From NCBI GenBank assembly GCA_965222225.1, contig CBDCTK010000002.1, forward strand, positions 3,872,001-3,936,000: a stretch of DNA of 64,000 nucleotides, given 5' to 3'. Positions 10,621-20,242 of this stretch are shown here, in pieces. The notes under the pieces were generated by a model that saw nothing but the letters and a program-made list of their open reading frames with translations, was not told the origin of the DNA and made no database searches. Position 1 is the first letter of the stretch; each line of letters begins with the position of its first letter. The translations under genes and the position numbers were made by a program. This DNA comes from Candidatus Poribacteria bacterium (GTDB lineage: Bacteria > Poribacteria > WGA-4E > JAJDTR01).

Positions 10621-10992
10621 TTTCAGGAAAAATCTCGGTTTCAACACCTTGGAATTTACAAAGGCTGGCGGGATTTCTACACCTGAACAAAACGGGCTAC
10701 GAGCCTGTTTGAAAAGTACAGTTTGTAGGGTGCGATCAGCTGACGAGTTCAATCAAACCAAGAGTATAGGTATAAAGATAAACCCACCTACGACATCAAG
10801 AGTCAGTTTGAGTAATGGATAGAAGAGTCATGTCTGGTCACATGAGGAGTGGCTTTTTTGTTGCTTTGCAGTCACTCGCGCTGCAACGCACGCGGAAAAT
10901 GTTTGGTGGTCTCTTCGTGTGCTCGAGAATACGAGAAAAGTAGACAGTGAAACAGTGCGAAGAAAACGGCGGCACTGGCAAAGGAGGTTTTT

Positions 10993-11655
10993 GTGATGAG
11001 AAAAGCGCAATTTTTGGGTTTTAGTCTTTTGCTCACTTCTGTTCTGTTTCTGCAGAACAGTTTTGCCCAAGACTATACCCGATGGGAGTTGCCCGAGGGC
11101 GCCAAATCACGTTTCGGCAAAGGTTTGATAACCGGCAATATAGAGTATTCGCCAGATGGCAGGAAACTCGCGGTTGGGAGCAGCATCGGTGTCTGGCTAT
11201 ATGATACCGCCAACGGTGCCGAAATCAACTTGTTCGCAGGACATACGCGCCCGGTACGTTGCGTGGCGTTCTCTCCTGATGGTACCATACTTGCCAGGGG
11301 GAGTGGTGACACGACGATCCGATTGCTACAGTTGGCACGTTTAGCCGCAGTGTCAAGAGCGACGAACACGTCGCTCTTGCCAAACTACCCGAATCCGTTC
11401 AATCCGGAGACGAGGATGCCGTATCAATTGGCGAAAGCCGCAGAAGTGACATTCACGATTTACGATATGAATGGGTGGAAGGTTCGAACGCTGGCGGTGG
11501 GACATCAACCTGCCGGTGTATATCAGAGTCGCAGCCGTACAGCGCATTGGGACGGGCGGAACGACGCCGGTGAGCCGGTGGGAAGCGGAGTATATTGGTG
11601 CACCCTTGATGCCGGGAGTTATCAAGAAACGCGGAAGATCGTCATACAAAAATAG
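10993..11655 (+). CDS. Secreted protein with a short WD40 region and a C-terminal FlgD-Ig/sorting-like domain; probably internally deleted
   Basis: Signal peptide; YSPDG and GHT..V..VAFSPDG repeats; LLPNYPNPFNPET...WDGRN..GE.VGSGVY tail. Confidence 0.75.
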   Translation: MMRKAQFLGFSLLLTSVLFLQNSFAQDYTRWELPEGAKSRFGKGLITGNIEYSPDGRKLAVGSSIGVWLYDTANGAEINLFAGHTRPVRCVAFSPDGTILARGSGDTTIRLLQLARLAAVSRATNTSLLPNYPNPFNPETRMPYQLAKAAEVTFTIYDMNGWKVRTLAVGHQPAGVYQSRSRTAHWDGRNDAGEPVGSGVYWCTLDAGSYQETRKIVIQK

Positions 11656-11738
11656 CACGTAAGGTTTCTTCCGGAGTAGCTTATCGGGAATCAACAGAAT
11701 TGCGTTTTAGTTCGTTCATGATAGGGTTTGATTCACCA

Positions 11739-12884
11739 TCATTGCGGGATGCTCATCCCAACCGAGATGAAGCGCGCCGCACGCGCGGCAGCCTCAACCG
11801 TAAGGTCAAAAGCGTTTTCAACCGCACTCTCCAACGGCATCGGCGCTGGTACAATATCGATTATGGCGTCGATTCCCGCTCCATGAACGCCCTCGGCTCC
11901 GTCGGCGATACTTCCGGAAACGGCGATCACGGGAATGCCGTACTTCTTTGCAAGCTTCGCGACACCGACAGGCGTTTTGCCAAAAACGGTTTGAAAGTTG
12001 ATTTCTCCTTCGCCAGTCACGACGAAGCTCGCGCCCTCAAGTTGCTTTTCGAGTTGCACGGCGTCAATCACGATCTCCACGCCGGATTTCAATTCAGCAT
12101 TCATAAAAGCGATCAAACCCGCGCCTAGCCCGCCAGCAGCCCCCGCACCCGGAATCTCTCCAACAACTTTCCCCATATCACGTTGAACAACTGAGGCGAA
12201 ATGCGCCAAGTTTGCGTCCAGTGTTTCGATCATCTCGGGCGTCGCGCCTTTTTGCGGTCCATAAACATAGGCTGCCCCGTTCGTGCCCGTCAACGGATTG
12301 TCTACATCGCAAGCGACAACGGTGGCGGTTGCCGCAAGCCGCGAATCTAAATAGGCCAGATTGATTGCGTTGAGTGCACCTAACCCCCCGCCACCGGGTG
12401 AAATCTGTTTACCATCCGATGTCAGCAACTTCGCGCCGAGAGCTTCCGCCATCCCTGCGCCGCCATCGCTCGTCGCACTCCCTCCGATGCCGATGATTAG
12501 CTTCCGACACCCTCGATTCAAGGCGGCTTTAATGAGTTGCCCTGTCCCGTACGTCGTTGTTACCAGCGGGTTACGTCGATCAAATGGCACAAGCGTTAAA
12601 CCGGAAGCCGCTGCCATTTCGATGACTGCCGTAGTCCTATCTCCGAGGATGCCATATTGCGCCTCGATTTCGTTCCCAAGCGGATCCGCAACTCGCTCAA
12701 CTAGAAGCTGACCGCCAGTTGCATCAACAAGCGATTGGACGGTGCCTTCACCACCATCTGCCATCGGCGTTTTTTTTATCATTGCATCGGGAAATACCTT
12801 TCTCATGCCCTGTTCTATGGCTTCGGCAGCTTGCAAAGCGGAAAGGCTTCCTTTGAACGAATCCGGTGCTACAACGATTTTCAT
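11739..12884 (-). CDS. glxK: Glycerate kinase (class I)
   Basis: MKIVVAPDSFKGS, PMADGGEGT, GIGGSATSDGG and GAGAAGG motifs. Confidence 0.93.
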   Translation of the reverse strand: MKIVVAPDSFKGSLSALQAAEAIEQGMRKVFPDAMIKKTPMADGGEGTVQSLVDATGGQLLVERVADPLGNEIEAQYGILGDRTTAVIEMAAASGLTLVPFDRRNPLVTTTYGTGQLIKAALNRGCRKLIIGIGGSATSDGGAGMAEALGAKLLTSDGKQISPGGGGLGALNAINLAYLDSRLAATATVVACDVDNPLTGTNGAAYVYGPQKGATPEMIETLDANLAHFASVVQRDMGKVVGEIPGAGAAGGLGAGLIAFMNAELKSGVEIVIDAVQLEKQLEGASFVVTGEGEINFQTVFGKTPVGVAKLAKKYGIPVIAVSGSIADGAEGVHGAGIDAIIDIVPAPMPLESAVENAFDLTVEAAARAARFISVGMSIPQ

Positions 12885-13081
12885 AGTGGAGTTTTCCGTA
12901 TCCGAAGGCGAGAGAGAAGTTTTTGGAGTAGTGAGAAGCAGTAGGACGACTACGTTCGTGAAGAAAAGTGACAAACCCTTACGGAATGTCGGGTGCCGCT
13001 AGCTTACTTTTCGACGTGTCCGTTCTCTTACCACCAAAACTTTAGCATAGCACACAGATTGAGTTCCACTCAACAGTAAAT

Positions 13082-14069
13082 AGACATCTTTCCAAAATAA
13101 GCATCTATTTGGCTTGATTTTACGTTATATCCTTTCAACATCTTCTATTGTAGAAAGGATACCCATGAGTCAATTTGAAAAAGCAGTAAAGTTGTCAGAT
13201 GAGCAATTTCTGCGGGCGGTTGGTGTTGATAAGACAACTTTCAACCTTATTTTGGAGCGTGTGGCTGTTTACCTCGAAAGTGTTCGAGAAGAACGGCCGA
13301 TGAAGAAACGAGGAAAGAAATCGGAGGTGGCATTGCCCGATCGCCTTCTATTGACATTCACCTATTTGCGCCACTATCCAACCTTTGCCAGATTAGGCAC
13401 GGAGTTTGGTATCAGTGAGTCTTATGCAAATAAAATCTATCATCAGATACTTGATGTGTTATTAAAGTGCTTTCGATGAAGAATCGAAAGCACTTATTAG
13501 AGAGCAATCTCCAAACAATCGTCATTGATGTCACCGAGCAACCCATTGAACGTCCAACAAAAGGACAGCGTGTCTACTACAGCGGTAAAAAAACGGCACA
13601 CAATAAAAGTTCAATTGATTGCGTGTTTGGCGATGTTAGAAATATTATCGGTTATCTGCCGCAAAGGGGGCGTTCACGATTACAGAATTCTGAAGGAAAG
13701 CCGTCTGGCGATTTCCCCCGAAACTGAGAAGTTGGCTGACAGTGGTTATCAGGGCATAGCCAAACTGTATGCCAACAGTTCGACGCCCATCAAGAAATGT
13801 CGGAGTGGGCCCTTGACTCAGGAGGCAAAGCAATTCAACCGACGGTTGGCAACACAAAGGGTTGGTATTGAGCATATCGTCAGATGGTGTAAGATTTTTC
13901 GCATCACCAAAGACATCTATCGAGGCAAACATCGCAACTATGGGAAAACATGGAATGTGATTGCCGCGATTGTTAACTTGTGACACTCCTCGACAAGTTG
14001 CCAAACAGTGTAGTTATTCTAATCTCCAAGATTACTGTAACTACATAATTCCATTTTGGAAAGATGTCT
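13082..14069 (+). mobile_element. IS5-family (ISL2-like) insertion sequence
   Basis: Perfect TIR AGACATCTTTCCAAAAT at 13082-13098 and 14053-14069, with TA at the ends. Confidence 0.88.
13165..13983 (+). pseudogene. IS5-family transposase split over three frames
   Basis: HTH part (YLRHYPT..LG..FGISES), IDVTEQPIERP, YSGKK/RHTIK, LADSGYQG and R..IEH motifs; frameshifts near 13467 and 13590. Confidence 0.85.
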
Positions 14070-14339
14070 AATGAGCTTCGTATCAGGAAAACCGGGCAAA
14101 CGATGAATAAGCTCGGTATCGGGGCAAAAGCGCAACTCCGAATAGATTTTCAGAAAAAACTCAAAAAAGTGCTGTGAAACGCCGATTTATATAAAATTTA
14201 TGAAACGACCGCTAGATAACATCGTTTGTGAAGTGTACGTAAGTTTCAGAAATGTGTTTTGAGTGCGTTCTGGGTGTATCTTTCCAAAAGATATATCATC
14301 CTACATCTTGGCTCGACTGGTACATTTGTAGACACCGGG

Positions 14340-14455
14340 CAATCGAATAGCGAGCAGGATTATCTATGGAATCTCTATCGCACTCACTATCGCGGTAGGA
14401 TTTCTATTGTGCTCCGTGTTCAGTTGCTTAATCCGCCGCTATCCGATTAGTTGAA
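14340..14455. repeat. Degenerate micro-element cluster, mixed orientation
   Basis: GAATAGCGAG followed by minus-strand CTATCGCACTCACTATCGC units. Confidence 0.65.
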
Positions 14456-14615
14456 CGACAGAGATTCGCAGGCTGTTAGGTAGTCAAACGGATATAGTTT
14501 GAGTAAGGATTCGACACTCGGAATTGCCTTAAGAATTCGTTCATAATCAGCGTTTCGAAAGTAATAACAATGGTACTGGTATATTTGTATTCAAATCCTA
14601 AAAATGCATACTATA

Positions 14616-15659
14616 TAGGAGTTACGCAGTTGAGTGAAAATAGGTTATAATTTGAGTATGAATCCCCCTAAATATACTGACACTGACTATATTGATTTCT
14701 TGGTAGCCGCTCAGAAAAGTTACAGTTGTCTTGAATCGGAAAAAGTTCAACCCCAAGCTGATAATCCTCCGGCTCACGATTCGATAACACGGCTCTTGCA
14801 TCGAGAGGAACCCGATACTGGCAAACTGTGGCAAGAATCGAGAAATCAGGTGAAATTAGAATCCGGAATTTTAGTTATAGATGACTCGACTCTGGATAAA
14901 CCTTATTCACAAAAGATTGAACTCGTGACAAAACACTGGTCAGGGAAACACCACCGAGTTGTGAATGGGATTAACTTGGTCACTTTGCTCTGGACGGATG
15001 GCGATAGACATATTCCGTGTGATTATCGAATCTATGATAAAGCCAAAGACGGCTTGACGAAGAATGAGCATTTCCGCGCCATGCTTGAAGAAGCGAAAAC
15101 ACGCGGTTTTGCTCCTGAATGTGTGTGTTTTGATAGTTGGTATGCCAGTCTAAAGAATCTAAAAGCGGTGCGAGGTCATGGTTGGAAGTGGCTTACTCGT
15201 CTAGCTGCCAACCGACTTGTCAGTAAAGATTATTCCGGTAACCGTCCGGTGAGTACGCTTCCGAGTGAATCAACAGGTACAATTGTCCATCTCAAAGGCT
15301 ATGGATTGATTCGAGTATTTAAGGTTGACACTCCAGAAGGTGACATTGAATATTGGGCAACGAATGATTTACAGATGGACGAATTGACGCGTCTCAAATA
15401 TGCCGAATGGTCTTGGACAATAGAAGAATATCATCGCGGGATTAAGCAATTTGTTGGCATTGAACGCGCACAAGTGCGCTCTGCTCGCACTCAAAGAAAT
15501 CATATCGGTTTAGCGCTGAGAGCCTTTCTGAGAATTGAGCACTATTGCTATCATACCGGTATCAGTTGGTTTGATGCAAAACTCTCTATTGTCAGAGATG
15601 CGGTACGGGCTTATTTGGCACAACCTCTTTATACGCTTCAGCCAACTGCGTAACTCCTA
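14616..15659 (+). mobile_element. IS701-family insertion sequence
   Basis: TIR TAGGAGTTACGCAGTTG / CAACTGCGTAACTCCTA; flanking direct repeat CTATA. Confidence 0.9.
14634..15653 (+). CDS. IS701-family DDE transposase (start probably MNPPK)
   Basis: VIDDSTLDKPY, FDSWY and W.IEEYHRGIKQ motifs; stop codon lies inside the right TIR. Confidence 0.9.
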   Translation: MKIGYNLSMNPPKYTDTDYIDFLVAAQKSYSCLESEKVQPQADNPPAHDSITRLLHREEPDTGKLWQESRNQVKLESGILVIDDSTLDKPYSQKIELVTKHWSGKHHRVVNGINLVTLLWTDGDRHIPCDYRIYDKAKDGLTKNEHFRAMLEEAKTRGFAPECVCFDSWYASLKNLKAVRGHGWKWLTRLAANRLVSKDYSGNRPVSTLPSESTGTIVHLKGYGLIRVFKVDTPEGDIEYWATNDLQMDELTRLKYAEWSWTIEEYHRGIKQFVGIERAQVRSARTQRNHIGLALRAFLRIEHYCYHTGISWFDAKLSIVRDAVRAYLAQPLYTLQPTA

Positions 15660-15913
15660 CTATATACTGATATTATATACACAGTTAGCAACAGTTTTGC
15701 CTGCCTAATACATTATACAATCCAGATGTAGTATGTCATTGAAAATCATGCACCAAATAATTCGCTTCAAAGGTTAATATTTTATTTTCAAAACGCTTGA
15801 TTCAATTTCTAAATCGTGCTATACATCGTGCTATACTAAGGTTGTTAAGTGTAGGGAATGGGTATTTCCTTCCCATAAATCCTGTAAGAAAACAACATTT
15901 AAGGAGGTTGACG

Positions 15914-16912
15914 TTGAAAAGTACATACATACTTGCCATTATGTCCCCGGATGGTAGATCTGTGCGGCAGATAGCGGTCGGAAGGTGGTGCTTGAAGTTA
16001 TTATATATTTTCCTCTTTACAGTTATAATCAGCGCACTCGGGGGGATCAGTTACGGGATTTTCTCTAAATCCAGCCACCAGGCGATTGAACAAAAGAACG
16101 CCAACCTTAATGAGAAGGTGCAAACCCTACAAGCCAAACTTGATTCTGAAAAGAGCACAATGGACGAAATTAAGAGAATGGCGGACAAGGTGCGTAGTGG
16201 GTTGGGCATAGACGCGGAAAAAGAAGGAGTGCTCGGACAAGGCGGATCTGGATTTGGCGCCAACTCACTTGAGGATTCTGAATCGAGCGAGGCAATCGTT
16301 GACACGCATTCTACTTCACACTTAGAAGCCTACCCTAGTGAAAAACCGGACTCGTTAAGCACGCGAGTCGCGAAGGCGAAGGCAGCAATTGAACCCGTTT
16401 ACGAATACGTAGAGAAGGAAGAAAAGAGACTGAATGAAACACCTTCTGTCCTCCCCATAATTGCGCCGGAAGATGGCGAAGAGAAAATCTACTGGTACAC
16501 TTCTGGATATGGCCCGCGTCCAAATCCAATAACGAGGCGGGGACGTGAATTTCATACCGGATTAGATATTGCCACCAAAAAGGATACGCCCATCATAGCC
16601 TCCGCACACGGAATTGTTTCATATCGCGGTTACCACAGGCTCTTGGGAAATATGATCAGAGTTAAACACCCCTCAGCGAAAATGGAAACAGTTTATGGCC
16701 ATATGAGTAAGTTCGCTGACGATATGAGCGTCGGGAAAAAAGTCGCACGTGGGGAAGTCATCGGCTATGTGGGTACCAGTGGTCGCAGTACCGGATATCA
16801 CGTGCATTATGGGGTCTGGGAAACCGAGAAAGACTATGAGATTTGGGATTCCAAGGAAGGGCGCTGGATTAATCCGGTGAACTCTATCTTTGGTCATTGG
16901 CCCGGTCAGTAG
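15914..16912 (+). CDS. M23-family metallopeptidase with N-terminal TM and coiled coil
   Basis: HTGLD, YGH and GRSTGYHVHY motifs; TTG start after AAGGAGG. Confidence 0.88.
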   Translation: MKSTYILAIMSPDGRSVRQIAVGRWCLKLLYIFLFTVIISALGGISYGIFSKSSHQAIEQKNANLNEKVQTLQAKLDSEKSTMDEIKRMADKVRSGLGIDAEKEGVLGQGGSGFGANSLEDSESSEAIVDTHSTSHLEAYPSEKPDSLSTRVAKAKAAIEPVYEYVEKEEKRLNETPSVLPIIAPEDGEEKIYWYTSGYGPRPNPITRRGREFHTGLDIATKKDTPIIASAHGIVSYRGYHRLLGNMIRVKHPSAKMETVYGHMSKFADDMSVGKKVARGEVIGYVGTSGRSTGYHVHYGVWETEKDYEIWDSKEGRWINPVNSIFGHWPGQ

Positions 16913-17314
16913 TTTGCAGCGGTTTGCCTAGAATCGTCCTAGGTAGGCATAGGTTAACTCAAACGCCAGATGGTTTTTCGCTATTCTCACAATTTACAAA
17001 ACTATCATATTTTTCGTAGCTAGGCACTTGAGTTTTCAAGGCTATCCCGAATTCACAGCCGCCAAATCTTGGTTTCATTGACCCACGCCTGAATTACGTC
17101 TCTCCCATTTATCAACTTATTATCAACGTACCCTTGCCTCCTTTAAGAAATAATCCGTCCGGTTTTTCCTGATGTGTCCCCTCCAGACATTCATTGCAAG
17201 CAAAAACTAATTTCTGGCCTGTCCCTGATTTTTCATGGCAAAGCCATTTTTTCATTTCGGTTTCGTTGTAACCGGATAGCCCCAATGAATACTATTTCAT
17301 CGGTGGAAGATTAA

Positions 17315-18739
17315 ATGTCACTCTCTTCACATCCCCAACCAAGAATCCCTTTTACAGTTGAGGCTGTTTGCGCAGTCTCCATGCTTTCGATTCTCTTTGT
17401 GCTATCCCTTTCTGCCCAACAGGTTGAAGATTTAACTCAGGGTAGACCGGTTTGTACCGCGATGAATGAGCAACACTTTCCCGACTTGGTATCTGATAGT
17501 GAGGGAGGCATAATCATCGCATGGCAGGATGCGCGGAACGAGAATCGTGATGTCTTTGCGCAGCGTGTTGACGCAAACGGTGAAATGTTATGGATGGCAA
17601 ATGGCGTTCAGGTCTGTAGCCTGCCGAGTGAACAGATCTGGCCGACAGTAGTGTCCGATGCCGACGGCGGAGCGATTATCATATTTGGTGATGGAAGGAA
17701 TAGACATCAAGATATCTATGCTCAACGCATTGATGGAAGTGGAAATCTGCTCTGGCAAAAGGAAGGAATTCCCGTTTGCGTTCATTCCGCAATAAAGACC
17801 GATATGCGAGCTATCTCAGATGGAGAAGGTAACACAATTGTCGTCTGGGAGGACTGGCGAAACGGAAATCAAGATATTTATGCCCAGAAAATTAACGTCA
17901 GCGGTCATCCGATGTGGGATGACAACGGTGTACCGGTATATCGAGGTGAAGGGGATCAGTACGATCCGTTTCTAACGGCAGACGATGAAGGCGGAGCCAT
18001 CGTCGTATGGTGGGACATCAGCACTGACGATTGGGATGTTTTTGCGCAGCGACTGAATAAGGAGGGGCAAGCGGTCTGGTCGGAGACTGCTGTTCCTGTG
18101 TGTACGGCTGCCGGACATCAGAGCACTCCGTTCGTGCTCCCGGATGGAGCGGGAGGAGCGCTCACAGTTTGGCTGGACTATAGAAACGACCCAGGCTTGT
18201 TGAGCAGCGCCGACATCTATGTACAGAGGATTAACGCGGCGGGAAAAACTCTCTGGCAGAAGGACGGTATCGTGCTCTGCGATGCACCGTCAAACCAGCA
18301 AGTGCCCGAAGGTATAAGTGACGCGGCAGGGGGTTTGATTGTCGTGTGGCGAGACGATCGCGATATCTTTTCGGACATTTACGCTCAAAGAATGAATCCG
18401 AACGGGGAACGCATATGGAATAACGACGGCGTTCCTGTCTGTGCGGCGGAAGGCGAACAGCGCAAACCATTCTTAGTCCCCGCCAGTCCGCACGGCGCCA
18501 TTGTGTATTGGCTTGATTATCGCGAAGACTACGGCAATGTTACCCACGACGCAATTTACGCACAGCGGATTGATGGAAATGGAACCTCCTTATGGACGCT
18601 AAGTGGCGTTCCTGTGTGTACTGCCGATGGCAATCAGACGACACCGAGAGCTGTAGCGGACGGCGATGATGGCGCTGTTATTGTGTGGACGGACTCCCGC
18701 GGTGAATCCTCGGACATTTATCTTCGGCGGGTGCCTTGA
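17315..18739 (+). CDS. Secreted repeat protein (DIYAQR repeats, probably beta-propeller)
   Basis: Signal-like N-terminus; about 7 repeats of Q..P.L.SDG.GG.I.VW.D.R...DIYAQRI...G..LW...G.PVC. Confidence 0.75.
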   Translation: MSLSSHPQPRIPFTVEAVCAVSMLSILFVLSLSAQQVEDLTQGRPVCTAMNEQHFPDLVSDSEGGIIIAWQDARNENRDVFAQRVDANGEMLWMANGVQVCSLPSEQIWPTVVSDADGGAIIIFGDGRNRHQDIYAQRIDGSGNLLWQKEGIPVCVHSAIKTDMRAISDGEGNTIVVWEDWRNGNQDIYAQKINVSGHPMWDDNGVPVYRGEGDQYDPFLTADDEGGAIVVWWDISTDDWDVFAQRLNKEGQAVWSETAVPVCTAAGHQSTPFVLPDGAGGALTVWLDYRNDPGLLSSADIYVQRINAAGKTLWQKDGIVLCDAPSNQQVPEGISDAAGGLIVVWRDDRDIFSDIYAQRMNPNGERIWNNDGVPVCAAEGEQRKPFLVPASPHGAIVYWLDYREDYGNVTHDAIYAQRIDGNGTSLWTLSGVPVCTADGNQTTPRAVADGDDGAVIVWTDSRGESSDIYLRRVP

Positions 18740-18834
18740 ACGCCTGTTTGAAAACCCTAAGTGCATCTATAAACAGGGCGCTCTTCCGAGGCGCAGGAGT
18801 GAAAAACTGCGAGCCTATGCTATCTACCTAACCA

Positions 18835-20208
18835 TTACACAATCTGATGTTTCTCTACAAGCTGTTTTACGGATTCCAGCGGAATGCCGAGTTGTCGTGC
18901 GATGGCTTCTAAGTCGCCTTGGGATTCCGCGTATGCTTCCGTCAAGAGTTGCTTTTCAAACTCCCGTAGTCTATTAGTTAACGATTGTCCATCAGTCTCT
19001 GCTGTATACGCCGCGAGAATTTCCTGCGGCAAATGATGTATGGAAATTGCGTCTCCTTCAACTTTATAAGTGATTTGTTCAATAACATACTTGAGTTGAC
19101 GTACATTACCGGGCCAGTGATAAGCGTTCATACAATCAAGTGTCTCAGGCAACAGTTTCTTAGGCTTAACCCCTGCCACTTCGGCAGACAAGCGTTCCAT
19201 AAAGTGGTAACACAGGAGTTCAATGTCTTCGCGGCGCTCACGTAGAGGGGGCAGCCAAATTGTCTCGAACGCGAGTCGATCATAAAGATCTTCGCGGAAT
19301 TTGCCCTGCTGCATTTCCGACTCAAGATCGCTGTTCGTTGCGGCAAGAACACGGACATCTACTTTTAACGTCTTCGATCCACCAACCCGCTCAAACTGCT
19401 GGTATTCCAGTACGCGGAGAATCTTTTGTTGGAACTCGTAAGACATGTTTCCAATCTCATCCAAAAAGAGCGTTCCTTTATCTGCCAACACGAAACGTCC
19501 TTCCCGGAACGAAGAGTTGGTGAAAGCGTTATCCTCCTGTCCGAACAGTTCGCATTCCAAGAGCCCTTCCGCCAAAGCGGCACAGTTGATGGTTATGAAG
19601 GCATTTTTCTTTCGTGGACTATCATGATGAATGCCTGCCGCGACCAACTCTTTCCCTGTTCCCCGCTCACCGCGAATTAAAATGGGACGCGGTATTGGCG
19701 CAACCTCCTGAATCTGTTGAATTAATCGCTGGATCTGGGGGCTTTTGCCAACAATATTGTACTTGCCTTTCAATTCTTCGCGGTAGAATTCGCGTTCTTG
19801 ACGTAGGCGTTTATTGTCGATCGTTGTGCGGATAAGGTTATCAAGCCGCATGAGGGCTAGTTCCATGTTTTCTTCGAGGTAAAAATCCTTCTCGACGAAC
19901 TCTTCCGCCCCCAGCTTAATCGATTCTGCAGCGGTTGAGACGGTACCCTTGCCGGTCAAGATGATCACTGGAAGTGCGGTTGTCCTTTTTCTAATTTCCT
20001 CCAGACAAGCGAGTCCACTCATTTGACCCTCGCCGAAATCAAGATCGAGGATGGCAAGGTCAAAGGCGTCACTACCTTTAACAATGAGGTCGAGCGCTTC
20101 TTGGGCGGTACCGACGGAAGTGACCTCCGCCCTTCGTTTCGCGAGCATCTCTCGTAGCAAGTCTTGTATTTCTTCCTGATCATCGGCAACCAAGATGCGT
20201 TCTGGCAT
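18835..20208 (-). CDS. NtrC-family response regulator (REC-AAA+-HTH)
   Basis: Receiver domain; [24 protein letters not shown] and WPGNVRQL motifs; GAFTGA loop reads NAFTNS. Confidence 0.9.
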   Translation of the reverse strand: MPERILVADDQEEIQDLLREMLAKRRAEVTSVGTAQEALDLIVKGSDAFDLAILDLDFGEGQMSGLACLEEIRKRTTALPVIILTGKGTVSTAAESIKLGAEEFVEKDFYLEENMELALMRLDNLIRTTIDNKRLRQEREFYREELKGKYNIVGKSPQIQRLIQQIQEVAPIPRPILIRGERGTGKELVAAGIHHDSPRKKNAFITINCAALAEGLLECELFGQEDNAFTNSSFREGRFVLADKGTLFLDEIGNMSYEFQQKILRVLEYQQFERVGGSKTLKVDVRVLAATNSDLESEMQQGKFREDLYDRLAFETIWLPPLRERREDIELLCYHFMERLSAEVAGVKPKKLLPETLDCMNAYHWPGNVRQLKYVIEQITYKVEGDAISIHHLPQEILAAYTAETDGQSLTNRLREFEKQLLTEAYAESQGDLEAIARQLGIPLESVKQLVEKHQIV

Positions 20209-20242
20209 TTTCACCTCCCTACCGTGTGCCACACTGTCGCAA

